Position numbers and translations under genes: made by a program
The notes under the pieces: model-generated
Databases searched by the model: none
The model's input: the letters and a program-made list of their open reading frames with translations, nothing else
What the model was told of the DNA's origin: nothing
Assembly (NCBI GenBank): GCA_963807965.1
Contig: CAWEDU010000017.1
Location: forward strand, 207,452 to 271,451
Direction of reading: 5' to 3'
Length of the DNA stretch: 64,000 bases
Source of the DNA: an uncultured Thermoplasmatales archaeon
GTDB taxonomy: Archaea > Thermoplasmatota > Penumbrarchaeia > Penumbrarchaeales > Penumbrarchaeaceae
Shown here: positions 1 to 10,122 of the stretch, piece after piece
Numbering within the stretch: the stretch's first letter is position 1
Layout: every line of letters starts with the position of its first letter

Positions 1-3000
1 TGGTCCGAGGTCTTTATGAAGGTATTTCCTATGACGTTAATATCTCCTATAGTGACATTCGAATAACTTGTCAGTGTGGAGGTCGTGTAATTTGTTCTGA
101 TCCCTTTCCCAGAATCGAATCTGTTATTGGTGATGACCAGATCATCAAAGACCACCTGTCCGGATGTCATCCCCTCTCCGATCATATCATGGTCGATGTC
201 CAGTCCGTAATCATGTGCACGAATGTCGTTTCTATCAATGGTCCAGATTCCCATACTCATCATAGTTGATCCATCAATCATATTACCAAATTTATGGTGT
301 GCATTGGACTCTATTGCTGAACCATTGGACCTGATGGAATTGCCACTTATACGGACTCCCTCGAACATTCCCTTGGAGGAATCCCTCGACTTGTGACCGG
401 TATCCTCTATACTTTTCAGGAACACTCCAGCACCTTCGGAAATAATGTCATTTCTCTCAATAGAAATAGTGCCTATTGCAGCATTGGCAGAACCGGTCAA
501 ATAACTGAAAGAGGTATGTAAGCTGTTCAATCCAACTCCTCTATTTCCCGAATCGATGGTATTTCCATCCATGGTAATATTTCCAAAGTACAATTCAGAA
601 TTTCCCGAATTGAAAACCCCAATGGACCATATGTTATCCAGGATCATTCCATCATCTTTGGAATTGACCGAGTTGTTATCCATATGGATGCCGTCAAATC
701 TGACCGTAGAGGCATCCTCCATCCAGATGCCCATTTCGAACACCTCGTTTAGGATGATCCCGGTTGAATTTGTCCTGACGATATTATTGCTCAGCGATAT
801 CGCCCCCATCGTGGAGGAGGAATCTCCGGATAATTGGGATCCCATACTTCCAATCCTCCGTATATGGATTCCTTCGGTTTCTGAGATAATGTCATTTCCA
901 TCGATCATAATATCTTCCATATTGAATGAGGCCCCTTCCATGAGGAAGGATCCAAAGGAGTTCAGAAAGTCAATATGGATACCCTGGTCATCAGATGAAA
1001 TGGAGTTCTTTGAAAGAATTACCGAGCCTCCTTGGAAAGAGGAGTTCTGTTCAAGATAAGACCCGAGTTCGATTATATATCCGAAATAGATTCCGATAAA
1101 TCTTGATTCGATCGAATTACCCATTACACTGATATCTTCCATGAAGAAACTGGCATTATCCATCAAGAAACAACCGAGATCATATACTTGTGAGAAGGAT
1201 ATGCCCGTTTCATTCGATCCAATATCATTATCTTTAATCATTATTGATCCCATGAAAAATGAGGCATCTTCGGAAAGGTAATTCCCCACTGTTGTCAGGC
1301 TGTCAATATAAATGCCGCTGTATTCCGATATTATCTCGTTATTTGAGATCTCTATGTTTTCCATTATAAAAGTTGCAAATCCTCCAATTTCAGTTCCGAT
1401 GTTAGAAATATATTCGATAATGATCCCCTCTTCCGATGCCCAGACGAAGTTTTCCCGAATGTCCAATGTTCCAAATACAAAGGAGGATCGTTCTGACATG
1501 AATACCCCCCAGGTATTGATCTGGTAGATGTTTATCCCCGCGCCTGAGGACCAGATATGGTTCTCAGAGATCACTATATCCATCATTGTCATTGATGATT
1601 TATCTGACATCTGGTAACCGAATTCCTCCAGATGATTGAGGAATATACCATCTCCGTGAGACCAGATCGCATTCTTCTTGATCCCGATCTCTCCGATCTG
1701 AACAGTTGAAGATCCGTGGATACTCCTACCGAATCCTGATAAGGTGTTCAGAGCTATTCCGATACTTTCCGACCAGATATTATTTTCAGATACATTGATC
1801 CCATTCATTGTGAACGATGACCATCCGTATAGTTCACATCCGAATTTCAGGAACTGAGAAAATCGGATCCCCTGGTATGCATGTATGTAGTTCCTAAGGA
1901 TCTTGAAGGTGCCTACCGATACACTTGAGTTATCACTGAGTTGATATCCTGCCTGATTCATATTCATTAAGATTCCATAGGCCGAGGAGTAGGACATATC
2001 GGCCTTCAGGCCATTTCCTGAAATGGTGATATTTCCCATGACGAAACTTGAGTTCTCGTGCATATCGTTGCCCATATTATAACAAGTCATCAATACCGGA
2101 ACCGCCGTACTATTGACAACATTCTTTGTGATAGTAATTTCTCCAATAGAACAAGTGGCATTCCCATATAATCCGGACACCTGGTTCAATTCGACATGGA
2201 TGCCGGTGCTGGAGTTCAGTATCCTGTTATTGATGATCGTTGTGCTCTGGGTGACCACCTTGGCATCGTCCTGGATATCACTCCCTGGTAACTGGAAATA
2301 GACAAAGATGCCCTCATTTTGAACATCGATCGTGTTATCACTGATCGTTAAATTCCCTGAAATGAAGGCTGAGTCATCATAGAAGCGGGTCCAAAGAGCA
2401 TATCCGGGTATGGTAATTCCAGAATCAGAATTGATTGAACTGACAAGATTGCTATGTATGATCAGCTCACCCATTCTTATGCTTGATGATCCATGGAGAT
2501 TGACTATGTCGTAATAATCCACATACAATCCCCTATCTCCAAAATCAGTGATGTTGTTGTTGGAGATTATTAGATCACCCACCGAACCATCCACATTCGT
2601 GAGCGTCTCAAGATCTGAATAGAAATATAGGCCCCTCCCTCCGCCTGACATGTTGTTATTAATTACCTGGAAATCTCCAACATCCAATGTTCCTCCCCCC
2701 ATGGAAAGAACATATAGAGAGAAATAGAAGAGATCACCAGATAATGAAGATGAAGTGAAATCATTCCCGGAAAGGATCACATCTCCTGTCTTGATATTAG
2801 TGCTATTCTCATTATCTGATAAAAGGCCTATATTTACTTCCATGCTGGATGACGTTGACGATCTCAATATGATGTTATCCTGGATCTGGATGCCGCTCGA
2901 TGACCAGGAAGTATGGATGTCATTTATATTGACATCAATAATCAAATCCCTTTGGTTGTCGGAAAAAACATTGTTAGTGATATTATGCCCATAATAGGTT

Positions 3001-3437
3001 GACTGGATAGCAACGTAATAACTCCTGATCATTAGGTCGGTTATTGTAACATTGTCCGCATTTAAAGTGAAGGCAACCGGGTTCATTTCAAGTGGGGGGA
3101 AAAGGGCTGAACCGTTTCCCATTATCCAGATCTCAGAAGTGATCATTACCGTTTCATAATATGTCTTGGGGGTCAGGAGGACGATATCACCATCAGATGC
3201 AGCATCCACTCCCTGCTGTATGGTGGTATAGTTGCCAGGTCCTGATCCACCAACGTAACGGATGGTTCCCGGATAGGAACCAATTTGATGGTCCATCACT
3301 TTGATCTCTGGAATGGTGATCCCTTGCTCATCAACAACAGGCTCTGCTTCGGTATTCAGAGAAAATGGGAGAAAGGATCCCATTGTTAATATCATAAACA
3401 ATAAACAGGCAGTCGCAGCATTTTTTCGAGTGAACAA
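1..3437 (-). CDS. Giant secreted parallel beta-helix (PbH1-repeat) surface protein. The N-terminal ~1145 aa lie in the window; the C-terminus is beyond the window start. A TTG start is inferred with signal peptide FTRKNAATACLLFMILTMGSFLPFSLNTEA.
   Basis: My own translation of the minus strand gives one uninterrupted frame from about 3437 to position 1. It was absent from the ORF track because the stop lies outside the window. Dozens of ~22-25 aa repeats follow the GxxIxxNxIxxNxxGIxL pattern typical of right-handed beta-helix (NosD/pectate-lyase-like) proteins. N-x-S/T sequon density is very high. A stop codon lies upstream of the signal-peptide-like N-terminus. Confidence 0.6.
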   Translation of the reverse strand, partial: MFTRKNAATACLLFMILTMGSFLPFSLNTEAEPVVDEQGITIPEIKVMDHQIGSYPGTIRYVGGSGPGNYTTIQQGVDAASDGDIVLLTPKTYYETVMITSEIWIMGNGSALFPPLEMNPVAFTLNADNVTITDLMIRSYYVAIQSTYYGHNITNNVFSDNQRDLIIDVNINDIHTSWSSSGIQIQDNIILRSSTSSSMEVNIGLLSDNENSTNIKTGDVILSGNDFTSSSLSGDLFYFSLYVLSMGGGTLDVGDFQVINNNMSGGGRGLYFYSDLETLTNVDGSVGDLIISNNNITDFGDRGLYVDYYDIVNLHGSSSIRMGELIIHSNLVSSINSDSGITIPGYALWTRFYDDSAFISGNLTISDNTIDVQNEGIFVYFQLPGSDIQDDAKVVTQSTTIINNRILNSSTGIHVELNQVSGLYGNATCSIGEITITKNVVNSTAVPVLMTCYNMGNDMHENSSFVMGNITISGNGLKADMSYSSAYGILMNMNQAGYQLSDNSSVSVGTFKILRNYIHAYQGIRFSQFLKFGCELYGWSSFTMNGINVSENNIWSESIGIALNTLSGFGRSIHGSSTVQIGEIGIKKNAIWSHGDGIFLNHLEEFGYQMSDKSSMTMMDIVISENHIWSSGAGINIYQINTWGVFMSERSSFVFGTLDIRENFVWASEEGIIIEYISNIGTEIGGFATFIMENIEISNNEIISEYSGIYIDSLTTVGNYLSEDASFFMGSIMIKDNDIGSNETGISFSQVYDLGCFLMDNASFFMEDISVMGNSIESRFIGIYFGYIIELGSYLEQNSSFQGGSVILSKNSISSDDQGIHIDFLNSFGSFLMEGASFNMEDIMIDGNDIISETEGIHIRRIGSMGSQLSGDSSSTMGAISLSNNIVRTNSTGIILNEVFEMGIWMEDASTVRFDGIHMDNNSVNSKDDGMILDNIWSIGVFNSGNSELYFGNITMDGNTIDSGNRGVGLNSLHTSFSYLTGSANAAIGTISIERNDIISEGAGVFLKSIEDTGHKSRDSSKGMFEGVRISGNSIRSNGSAIESNAHHKFGNMIDGSTMMSMGIWTIDRNDIRAHDYGLDIDHDMIGEGMTSGQVVFDDLVITNNRFDSGKGIRTNYTTSTLTSYSNVTIGDINVIGNTFIKTSD

Positions 3438-3554
3438 ACATAACCCCCCAGAATCGATCCCTACGTATTCAAGATACCTGGTCTTTTAAAAGGTTGTTCT
3501 TTTAATCTATATTATCTCAAACCCAGATCGATCCCTCCATTTACTCCTTTTTCA

Positions 3555-5860
3555 ATGAACGTTAGGGTCAAATATGGGGAACTGGATAACCAGACGGGAA
3601 AGATGAGGACCGATGCGGTAATACTGACGGTCCTGCTTCTGGCAGGACCCTTTTGGATCCTATTCGATCAGGGAGAGGGAATCCCTTCTCAGTTCGATGA
3701 AGATAAGGACCTCGGTATCTACATGGAAGAGGACCTTCCCATGGTGAGGTCCTCTGTTTCAGGGAACCTCACTGACCATGATCCGATAGTAATCAACAAT
3801 GAGACCGATCTTGAGGACCTCATGTTCAAAGAGAGCTGGCCCGGTAATGGGACAGAGGAGGATCCATACATAATTGAGGACCTTGAGATAGATGCCGAGG
3901 GAGAGAGTATGGCCATTTTCATGGGGAATACAAGTTCTTACATTCAATTCATTAACTGTGATATTTCAAATACCTCCTCAACTCATTCATTCAATATTGC
4001 CATATTCTTATGGAATGTATCGAATGTATCAATTGAATCATGCTTTATTCATAACAGCGAATATGGGGTCATGATAAGGGAGGCCCACTACCTGTATCTT
4101 AACAACATCAATTTCTCGGATTGTGATATTGGTTTTGGTAGTGGTTATTCGAAACCAGTATCAAGAATAACTGTTGACAATTGCACTTTCAGTCCTTCGA
4201 TATATGATGCAATTGAGATCGATACGGGTTCCTTCCTTTCAGTGGTTAACAGTTCCTTCACTTCAACCGGGAATGCTATTGATTTCAGAGTCTGTGATAA
4301 TATTACACTGTCTGGAAACGAATTCGATGATTGTGAAAATGCTATAAGGATCTCGTAGATAGTAAAGAAATTGATATTAGGAAGATACAAACATCATTAA
4401 TGACTCTTTCCAGAGCAATTTATCTTTCCAACGGTGAACATATCACCATTTCAAATATATCTTTCAGAAACAATCGCGGTGTGGATATTGATATCCGGCA
4501 ATCCAGTAATATTAAACTCTTAAACATAACTGGGCTAAATAGTTATAATGGGTGTTATATCTGGCTTGCCGGCATAATTAATTGCATATTTGATGGATTT
4601 TATGTCAATGTTCCAGTTTTGGTCTTTTTATTGAGGGTTCCATTAATGTAGTTTTCCAGAATTGGGATATCCAAACCTCTCCATACAATACATTAGGAGA
4701 TGTCCTCAGTATTTCCGGTTCAAATCATATAATGATAAGGAACTGCACAATACAAACACATTCCGAAAGAACTCTATTCATGAGTCTATCTTCGGATATT
4801 CAAGTTTTCAATGGCATTCATTTCACAACAGTCATGGCACAGTTGTTGAAATGCAAAGATCATATGATAACGAGTTTTTCGAAAATTCATTTGATCAGAG
4901 CGATTATGACCCGGATTATAATGATTATCATACCATAGTCGTTGGATACAACTCTAATAATAACTTATTTTTTAACAATACTCTAATCGGTTCTGGATTC
5001 ATATTTGTTATAATGAATAAAGATGATTACCGTGAACTAATTGACCAGACAATTGCGCAAAACAATACACTGAACGGGAAATCGGTTTACTATTTTACCG
5101 GACAAGACTTCATCATTTCGACATTCCTGATGGGAATCAATATTTCTTCGTGAATTGCTCCAATCTTAACAATTAAAGGATTGGGATTTCCATAACAGCA
5201 CTGATTTTTTATTGGTTCGATCTGGAAATGTAAGAATTGAGAATTGCAGTTTCTATACAAATAATTCTAATATTCCCTCATTCCTAATTGTTGAATGCAA
5301 CAATGTAACTGTTAAAGAATCAAAAATATAGTCTGTTAGTTCTGATTCGATTGTTCAGAAGATCCGAGGACGTAATATTGACAGGAAACACCTTTGAAAG
5401 ATATGTGAAAATCGAGGATTCAAATAATATCTCCATTCTGGAAATAACCATTACTTAGAACATAGACCAACATTTGAAAATCTACAAATAGTCACAATTA
5501 GGAATAATTACTTCTCTCAAGGTTTGTATATTGAGGTATCTGGAAGAAGTTAATATTATGGGAAATGAGATTCCTATTTTCAGAGGATTACGATTCAATA
5601 TATATTTACGATTCCTCGGATATTGAGATCAAAAATCAGAATTTGAGTTCTGAAAATTCCGGATTGGACTCTTATTCGGCAGATCGAAATCTCAATTATA
5701 GATTCGAATATCGAAATTGCACAATAGGTCTGGAAATCAGATTTTCCAATGATATTGTGGTTGGATAATAATGGATATCGAATTGCGAATGAGGGTAAAT
5801 TCCTGGTAGTAGTCTCAAGAAGGTGTAATTTCAAATAATATTATTATAAGATTGAAAGAA
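3555..5860 (+). pseudogene. Decayed paralog of the beta-helix surface protein. It has an intact N-terminal signal/TM segment (MRTDAVILTVLLLAGPFWILF) but its PbH1 repeats are broken into at least four frames with multiple stops. It may once have been the secreted N-terminal half of the downstream 5862..8129 gene.
   Basis: ORFs 3555..4358, 4400..4651, 4662..5153 and 5565..5768 all translate to beta-helix-like repeats (NxTxSxNxF, GNxI motifs) in different frames. The stretch 5150..5560 shows repeat-like peptides in all three frames, interrupted by TAA/TAG/TGA, and is AT-rich. Confidence 0.45.
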
Positions 5861-5861
5861 T

Positions 5862-8129
5862 ATGCAATTGAATCGAAGAAGGATCGAAAGAATTAATATC
5901 CATTCAAACTGCATTCTTGAGAACAACCAGGCAACCGGGAGTGTGTATGATACAAAAACAGCCCAGATAAAAGAAGAATCAGAGGATAATAATTATTTCT
6001 TGAAGGAAAAGGAAATCACTACTCCGAACACACATCTCCCGATGACGGATTTCGATGGTATAGTGGATGAGGAATATCTATTCCATGGAGTAGGGGAATC
6101 GGATCCTTATCCGCTGGTCAGGACCCCCATGCCAACCTTCGATGCACCCGAAATAATCTCTATCACCCCAGGGTCCTCCTCGGTTGTTCTCGAATGGACC
6201 GAACCTCAGAAAAGGTATGGAGGGGACCTCGATGGATATAAGATATATCAGAAAGAGGGGAAAGGTCCGTTCCAATTGAGGTTCGACATATCAGATACGA
6301 ACATGATGACCATTCGATCCCTTTCAAATGGAGAAGTCTACTCTTATATGGTATCTGCTTACAATGATATGGGAGAAGGTCTACTCTCCGCTCCAGCATC
6401 GACGGTTCCAGATGGTACAGGGCCCGAAATATTCATTCACACTCCCGTTGAAGGGTCCTTCCTCAATGATGAGATCATTGAGCTCCAGTGGTCATGCATC
6501 GATGTTGAAACGGGAGTTTCTCTCATGGAGATATCCGTGGATGGAGGGGAACCCATCGAGATCCCGGTAGGTTATGGTTCCTATGATCTGGAGGGCCTTT
6601 CAGAGGGGGATCACATCGTAAATATCTGGTCAGAGAACTCCATCTCATTATCAACCCAGGTTTCTGTCAATTTTACAGTAGACCGGACCTCTCCATACCT
6701 TCTTTTTGATCATTCCGGTCCATTATATTCCAACCTTGGGTCCTTCCCCATATCTTGGAACGCTTACGATAACCTCTCGGGACTTGATGACGGATTCACC
6801 ATTTTCATGGAGGATAGGGATCCCATTCAAACCGATAGGAGCGACTACGAGATAATTATCCTGGATGAAGGGGAATATTTAGTTCTCATCTCCTTCAAGG
6901 ACCTTGCAGGGAACTATGGTTTGGCGAGTTTGAAGGTCATTCTGGATCAGACCCCTCCTGAGATCACCATCACTCCGGAAACGGAGTCAATTTTAGATAA
7001 AGACAGTATCATCCTGGATTGGGTCTCGGATGGGACCGGAAGTCCGATCAGAACAGTAGAAATATCCATTGATCGGGGAAGGTCCGTAGTCCAATTGGAA
7101 GGTCCTATGGAGTATAAGGACCTTAAAGATGGATCCCATGTGGTCACATTCTACCTTGAGGATAAAGCGGGGAACTCCGCTTCCAAGGATGTCACTATTT
7201 TCATCGATACAATTTCGCCCAGGATCGATTACAAGGTCCCATCCGGAGATAAGGTTCCCCTTGACAGTGATATGGAGATCGTTTTCTCCGAGAATGTTTT
7301 CAAGGTATCGGTAGTGATAAACGGCATCGCTTTCCAGACAATTATTAGCGGGAACAAAGCATACATCACTCCGGTTCCTGCCTGGGAGATCGGGAAAATA
7401 TATTCCATCGATGTTTCAGCAGTGGACCTCGCAGGGAATCCCCTGGAGAATGGATCCTATGAGTTCACAACCGTAGGTCCTGGATCAGTAAGCGGCAGGA
7501 TCATGGATGCTGGAGGCCGTCCTGTTGTTGATGCTGCTATTACCTTAGAGGGAACAGAATACCGGTCAGATGAGGAAGGCAGGTTCTCCTTCACCGGACC
7601 TGAGGGTAACTGGACAATACTGATCAATGCAAAGGGATTCGTGGAGTTCAATACAACCATTTCTCTGGTTCCCGGAAAGGATGCCGATCTGGGGAATGTA
7701 ATACTCTTGAAGAAGGAAGGAGATGGAAAGGATATCTCCGGTATCCTCATCTTTCTTATGATTCTTCTTATATTGATCATTATCTCAGGTTCAATCGTAT
7801 TCTTTGTTCTAAGAAGAAAGAAGAGGGGTCTAGAATACCAGGACATGTCAGCTATGAAAGAGATCATGTCCGGATTTGGAATAAGAAGGTCTCCCAAGGA
7901 GATCAACTGTTATCAGATCCTCGATGTTCCAAGGAATGCCAATGCTTTGGAGATCAAGAAAGCTTATAGAAACCTTGCAGGGATCTATCATCCGGATAAG
8001 AATGCCCATGGAAATACAGATGTGGAATTCGATGAGAAGATAAGGGAGATCAATACTGCAAAGACAATACTACTGGACCCGGAAAAGAGAGAGGTCCACG
8101 ACAGGATGCTGAACCATTTCGAAGACTGA
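5862..8129 (+). CDS. Single-pass membrane protein: FN3 domain, about four Ig-like (Big-type, DxAGN motif) domains, a carboxypeptidase-regulatory-like beta-sandwich, a TM helix, and a cytoplasmic C-terminal DnaJ J-domain.
   Basis: The 755-aa ORF contains an FN3-like block (PEIISITPGSSSVVLEWTEP..YSYMVSAYNDMGEG) and repeated TSP/TPP..DxAGN modules. GSVSGRIMDAGGRPVVDAAITLEG..GRFSF matches the CarboxypepD_reg/prealbumin fold. The hydrophobic stretch ISGILIFLMILLILIIISGSIVFFVL is followed by RRKKRG. The C-terminal 70 aa, INCYQILDVPRNANALEIKKAYRNLAGIYHPDKN...REINTAKTILLDPEKREVHDRML, match the J-domain consensus including HPD. There is no N-terminal signal peptide; a TGA stop lies 9 nt upstream of the ATG. 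Confidence 0.8.
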   Translation: MQLNRRRIERINIHSNCILENNQATGSVYDTKTAQIKEESEDNNYFLKEKEITTPNTHLPMTDFDGIVDEEYLFHGVGESDPYPLVRTPMPTFDAPEIISITPGSSSVVLEWTEPQKRYGGDLDGYKIYQKEGKGPFQLRFDISDTNMMTIRSLSNGEVYSYMVSAYNDMGEGLLSAPASTVPDGTGPEIFIHTPVEGSFLNDEIIELQWSCIDVETGVSLMEISVDGGEPIEIPVGYGSYDLEGLSEGDHIVNIWSENSISLSTQVSVNFTVDRTSPYLLFDHSGPLYSNLGSFPISWNAYDNLSGLDDGFTIFMEDRDPIQTDRSDYEIIILDEGEYLVLISFKDLAGNYGLASLKVILDQTPPEITITPETESILDKDSIILDWVSDGTGSPIRTVEISIDRGRSVVQLEGPMEYKDLKDGSHVVTFYLEDKAGNSASKDVTIFIDTISPRIDYKVPSGDKVPLDSDMEIVFSENVFKVSVVINGIAFQTIISGNKAYITPVPAWEIGKIYSIDVSAVDLAGNPLENGSYEFTTVGPGSVSGRIMDAGGRPVVDAAITLEGTEYRSDEEGRFSFTGPEGNWTILINAKGFVEFNTTISLVPGKDADLGNVILLKKEGDGKDISGILIFLMILLILIIISGSIVFFVLRRKKRGLEYQDMSAMKEIMSGFGIRRSPKEINCYQILDVPRNANALEIKKAYRNLAGIYHPDKNAHGNTDVEFDEKIREINTAKTILLDPEKREVHDRMLNHFED

Positions 8130-8169
8130 TCTTCTTACTTTTTTTTTGAAATCAGTTATCAGCGATCAA

Positions 8170-9438
8170 TTAGTCCTCTCCATGGTTCAATTTCGCTATT
8201 ACTGCAAGGGCCAGTATGATCGCAATCATACCTGCTGCAAGAAGGATCAATATTATCAAGACTGTTCTTGTATTGTCCTTTTCCTTATCCTTTTCATTAT
8301 TACCTTCATCATCAGTGGTATCATCATCGGTTGTGGTATCGTCATCGTCTACAGGTGTGGGTTCCTCTATCTTCTCTGTCTTGAACTTGATCTGGATATC
8401 ATCTTTTATCTCCCTTCCCCAGATGTCCTTTGCTTCCTTTGAGATCTTCACCTTGTATTCTGTATCGGACCCCATTTCCTCATCCGGGATGAAGGAGAAA
8501 CTCCTCTCCATCCACCTGAAGGTCCCGTTGATCTCGGGTAGGATCGAGAACGCTTCTTCGACAGAAGCTCGGTCCATATCAGAGTTGAATGTGACATTTA
8601 TCATGATGGACCGAGGATGTCTTCCTCCGTCTGGAGTGGCCTCGGTCACCTCAGGAGGTGGAAGTACCCACTCGAATAGGTCCTGGATGTCATCATCTTC
8701 CATGACAGTGTCCATTATCAGAAGCTCATCAATGGTTCCGTTGAAGGCCTGGTCAGCATCGAAGCCTCCTCCGACCTCGTCTTGATCATTGCCAATTACA
8801 AAGGTACCTCCCCCCCTGATCGGATTCTCTACCGCAAGAATTCCGGAGAATTCCTCCTTGGCATCTTTGTATACTCTAAGGTCCCCATCAAGCACTCTCC
8901 ATGTCAACACGATATTGTGCCATTTTCCGTCATTGAAAGAGATATCCGTATCCCTTGTCAATCCTCTGATATGGACCTTCAGGTCCCCTGGATCTTCAAG
9001 CATGAACTCGTTTGTCTCGTAGATGTTCGCATATGAAATTGGGACCCTCCCTTCAATTGTCCAGGAAGTATTGATCCAGAAAGAGATGGTCATCTCGGAG
9101 GAGGGAAGGTCGAAATTCCTTACCATTGCCACATCATCATCCCCATCGAAATGGAGAGCTTCACCCTCGATGCCTTCGGTCCATTCAGGGTCCTCTTCCT
9201 CATCCGATGAAGAAGTCCCGAGGACCATTATCCTCCCTCCTGCCAGGTTAGTGCTGTTCTCGCCTTCTCCTTCGTCAAATGTCCAGTATCCAATAATGTC
9301 CTCATCATCGCCTGGAAGGTCCGAAAGGTCCTTGCCGGAGGCGAAGATGAATGTCAGCATGATCACAAGCGAGATCAGCTGGATCGAAAAGATCTTCAAC
9401 ATCCTTCTTCCCCGTTCCGCTCCTGTGCGGTATATCAA
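8170..9438 (-). CDS. Secreted/membrane-anchored LamG (concanavalin-A-like lectin) domain protein with an SbsA-like Ig domain, an acidic D/T-rich linker and a C-terminal TM anchor.
   Basis: Signal peptide MLKIFSIQLISLVIMLTFIFASG. The LamG_3-like block is GYWTFDEG...ALHFDGDDDVAMV...MTISFWIN...DGKWHNIVLTW...DGDLRVYKD...FNGTIDELLIMD. An Ig-like block begins ATPDGGRHPRSIMINVTFNSDM. The linker reads DDDDTTTDDDTTDDEG, followed by the TM segment TVLIILILLAAGMIAIILALAVIA. Confidence 0.8.
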   Translation of the reverse strand: MIYRTGAERGRRMLKIFSIQLISLVIMLTFIFASGKDLSDLPGDDEDIIGYWTFDEGEGENSTNLAGGRIMVLGTSSSDEEEDPEWTEGIEGEALHFDGDDDVAMVRNFDLPSSEMTISFWINTSWTIEGRVPISYANIYETNEFMLEDPGDLKVHIRGLTRDTDISFNDGKWHNIVLTWRVLDGDLRVYKDAKEEFSGILAVENPIRGGGTFVIGNDQDEVGGGFDADQAFNGTIDELLIMDTVMEDDDIQDLFEWVLPPPEVTEATPDGGRHPRSIMINVTFNSDMDRASVEEAFSILPEINGTFRWMERSFSFIPDEEMGSDTEYKVKISKEAKDIWGREIKDDIQIKFKTEKIEEPTPVDDDDTTTDDDTTDDEGNNEKDKEKDNTRTVLIILILLAAGMIAIILALAVIAKLNHGED

Positions 9439-9586
9439 TATTGGTGGAGAGGATAATATCCTTTACCTTTATTGTAATTGAAGATTTGATTAAAAATTCA
9501 CGTAAATTAAAAGGGGGCCGGAATTTGGGGAATAGAGAGTGGGGTTTGGTGTGGGATACCGGCCCCCGGGGGATTCAATATCAGAT

Positions 9587-10090
9587 TCAGGAGATCTTGA
9601 TCTCGTGTGTCTCCTTCTTCTTCGGGTGGACTTTGGGAAGCGTTACATGAAGAACACCTTCTTCCATCTTCGCTTCGACCTCTTCTCCCTGGACCTCAGC
9701 GGGAAGTCTTACGGACCTTTCACATTTGTAAGAGGATCTCTCCCTGAGAAGATAGTTCTTTTTCTCTTCCTTCTTCTCCTCATCAGAGTCCACACTGATG
9801 GTAAGAATGTCCTCATTGATCGAGAGTCTGATATCCTCCTTCTGTACTCCAGGCATCTCCACTGTCAGCATTAAATTCTCACCAACATCCTCCATGTTCA
9901 TGGGCATGTAGGTTGGTTGAGCTCTCACCCGGATGGGTCTCAGTGTGGTCCTCGCCCAGGGGTCAAAGAACATCCTGTCGATATCGCTTCTGAATATATC
10001 GAAAAGATCATCCACATCGCTCCGGAGACCGAAGGGAGAGAAACCTCTTCGGTCATGGTCCCTTATCGTCAACCTGTTGTCTTCGGTCAT
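9587..10090 (-). CDS. hsp20: Small heat-shock protein, Hsp20/alpha-crystallin family.
   Basis: The 167-aa ORF has an alpha-crystallin-domain-like core (ENLMLTVEMPGVQKEDIRLSINEDILTISVDSD...RSVRLPAEVQGEEVEAKMEEGVLHVTLPK). Confidence 0.85.
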   Translation of the reverse strand: MTEDNRLTIRDHDRRGFSPFGLRSDVDDLFDIFRSDIDRMFFDPWARTTLRPIRVRAQPTYMPMNMEDVGENLMLTVEMPGVQKEDIRLSINEDILTISVDSDEEKKEEKKNYLLRERSSYKCERSVRLPAEVQGEEVEAKMEEGVLHVTLPKVHPKKKETHEIKIS

Positions 10091-10122
10091 TTTTCATCAC
10101 CTCATTTACATGTTGCTTTCAT

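Noticed and set aside
8146-9481. + strand ORFs 8216..8785, 8789..9022 and 9023..9481 overlapping the LamG gene.
   Set aside because: Ser-rich, low-complexity translations antisense to a well-supported domain protein.
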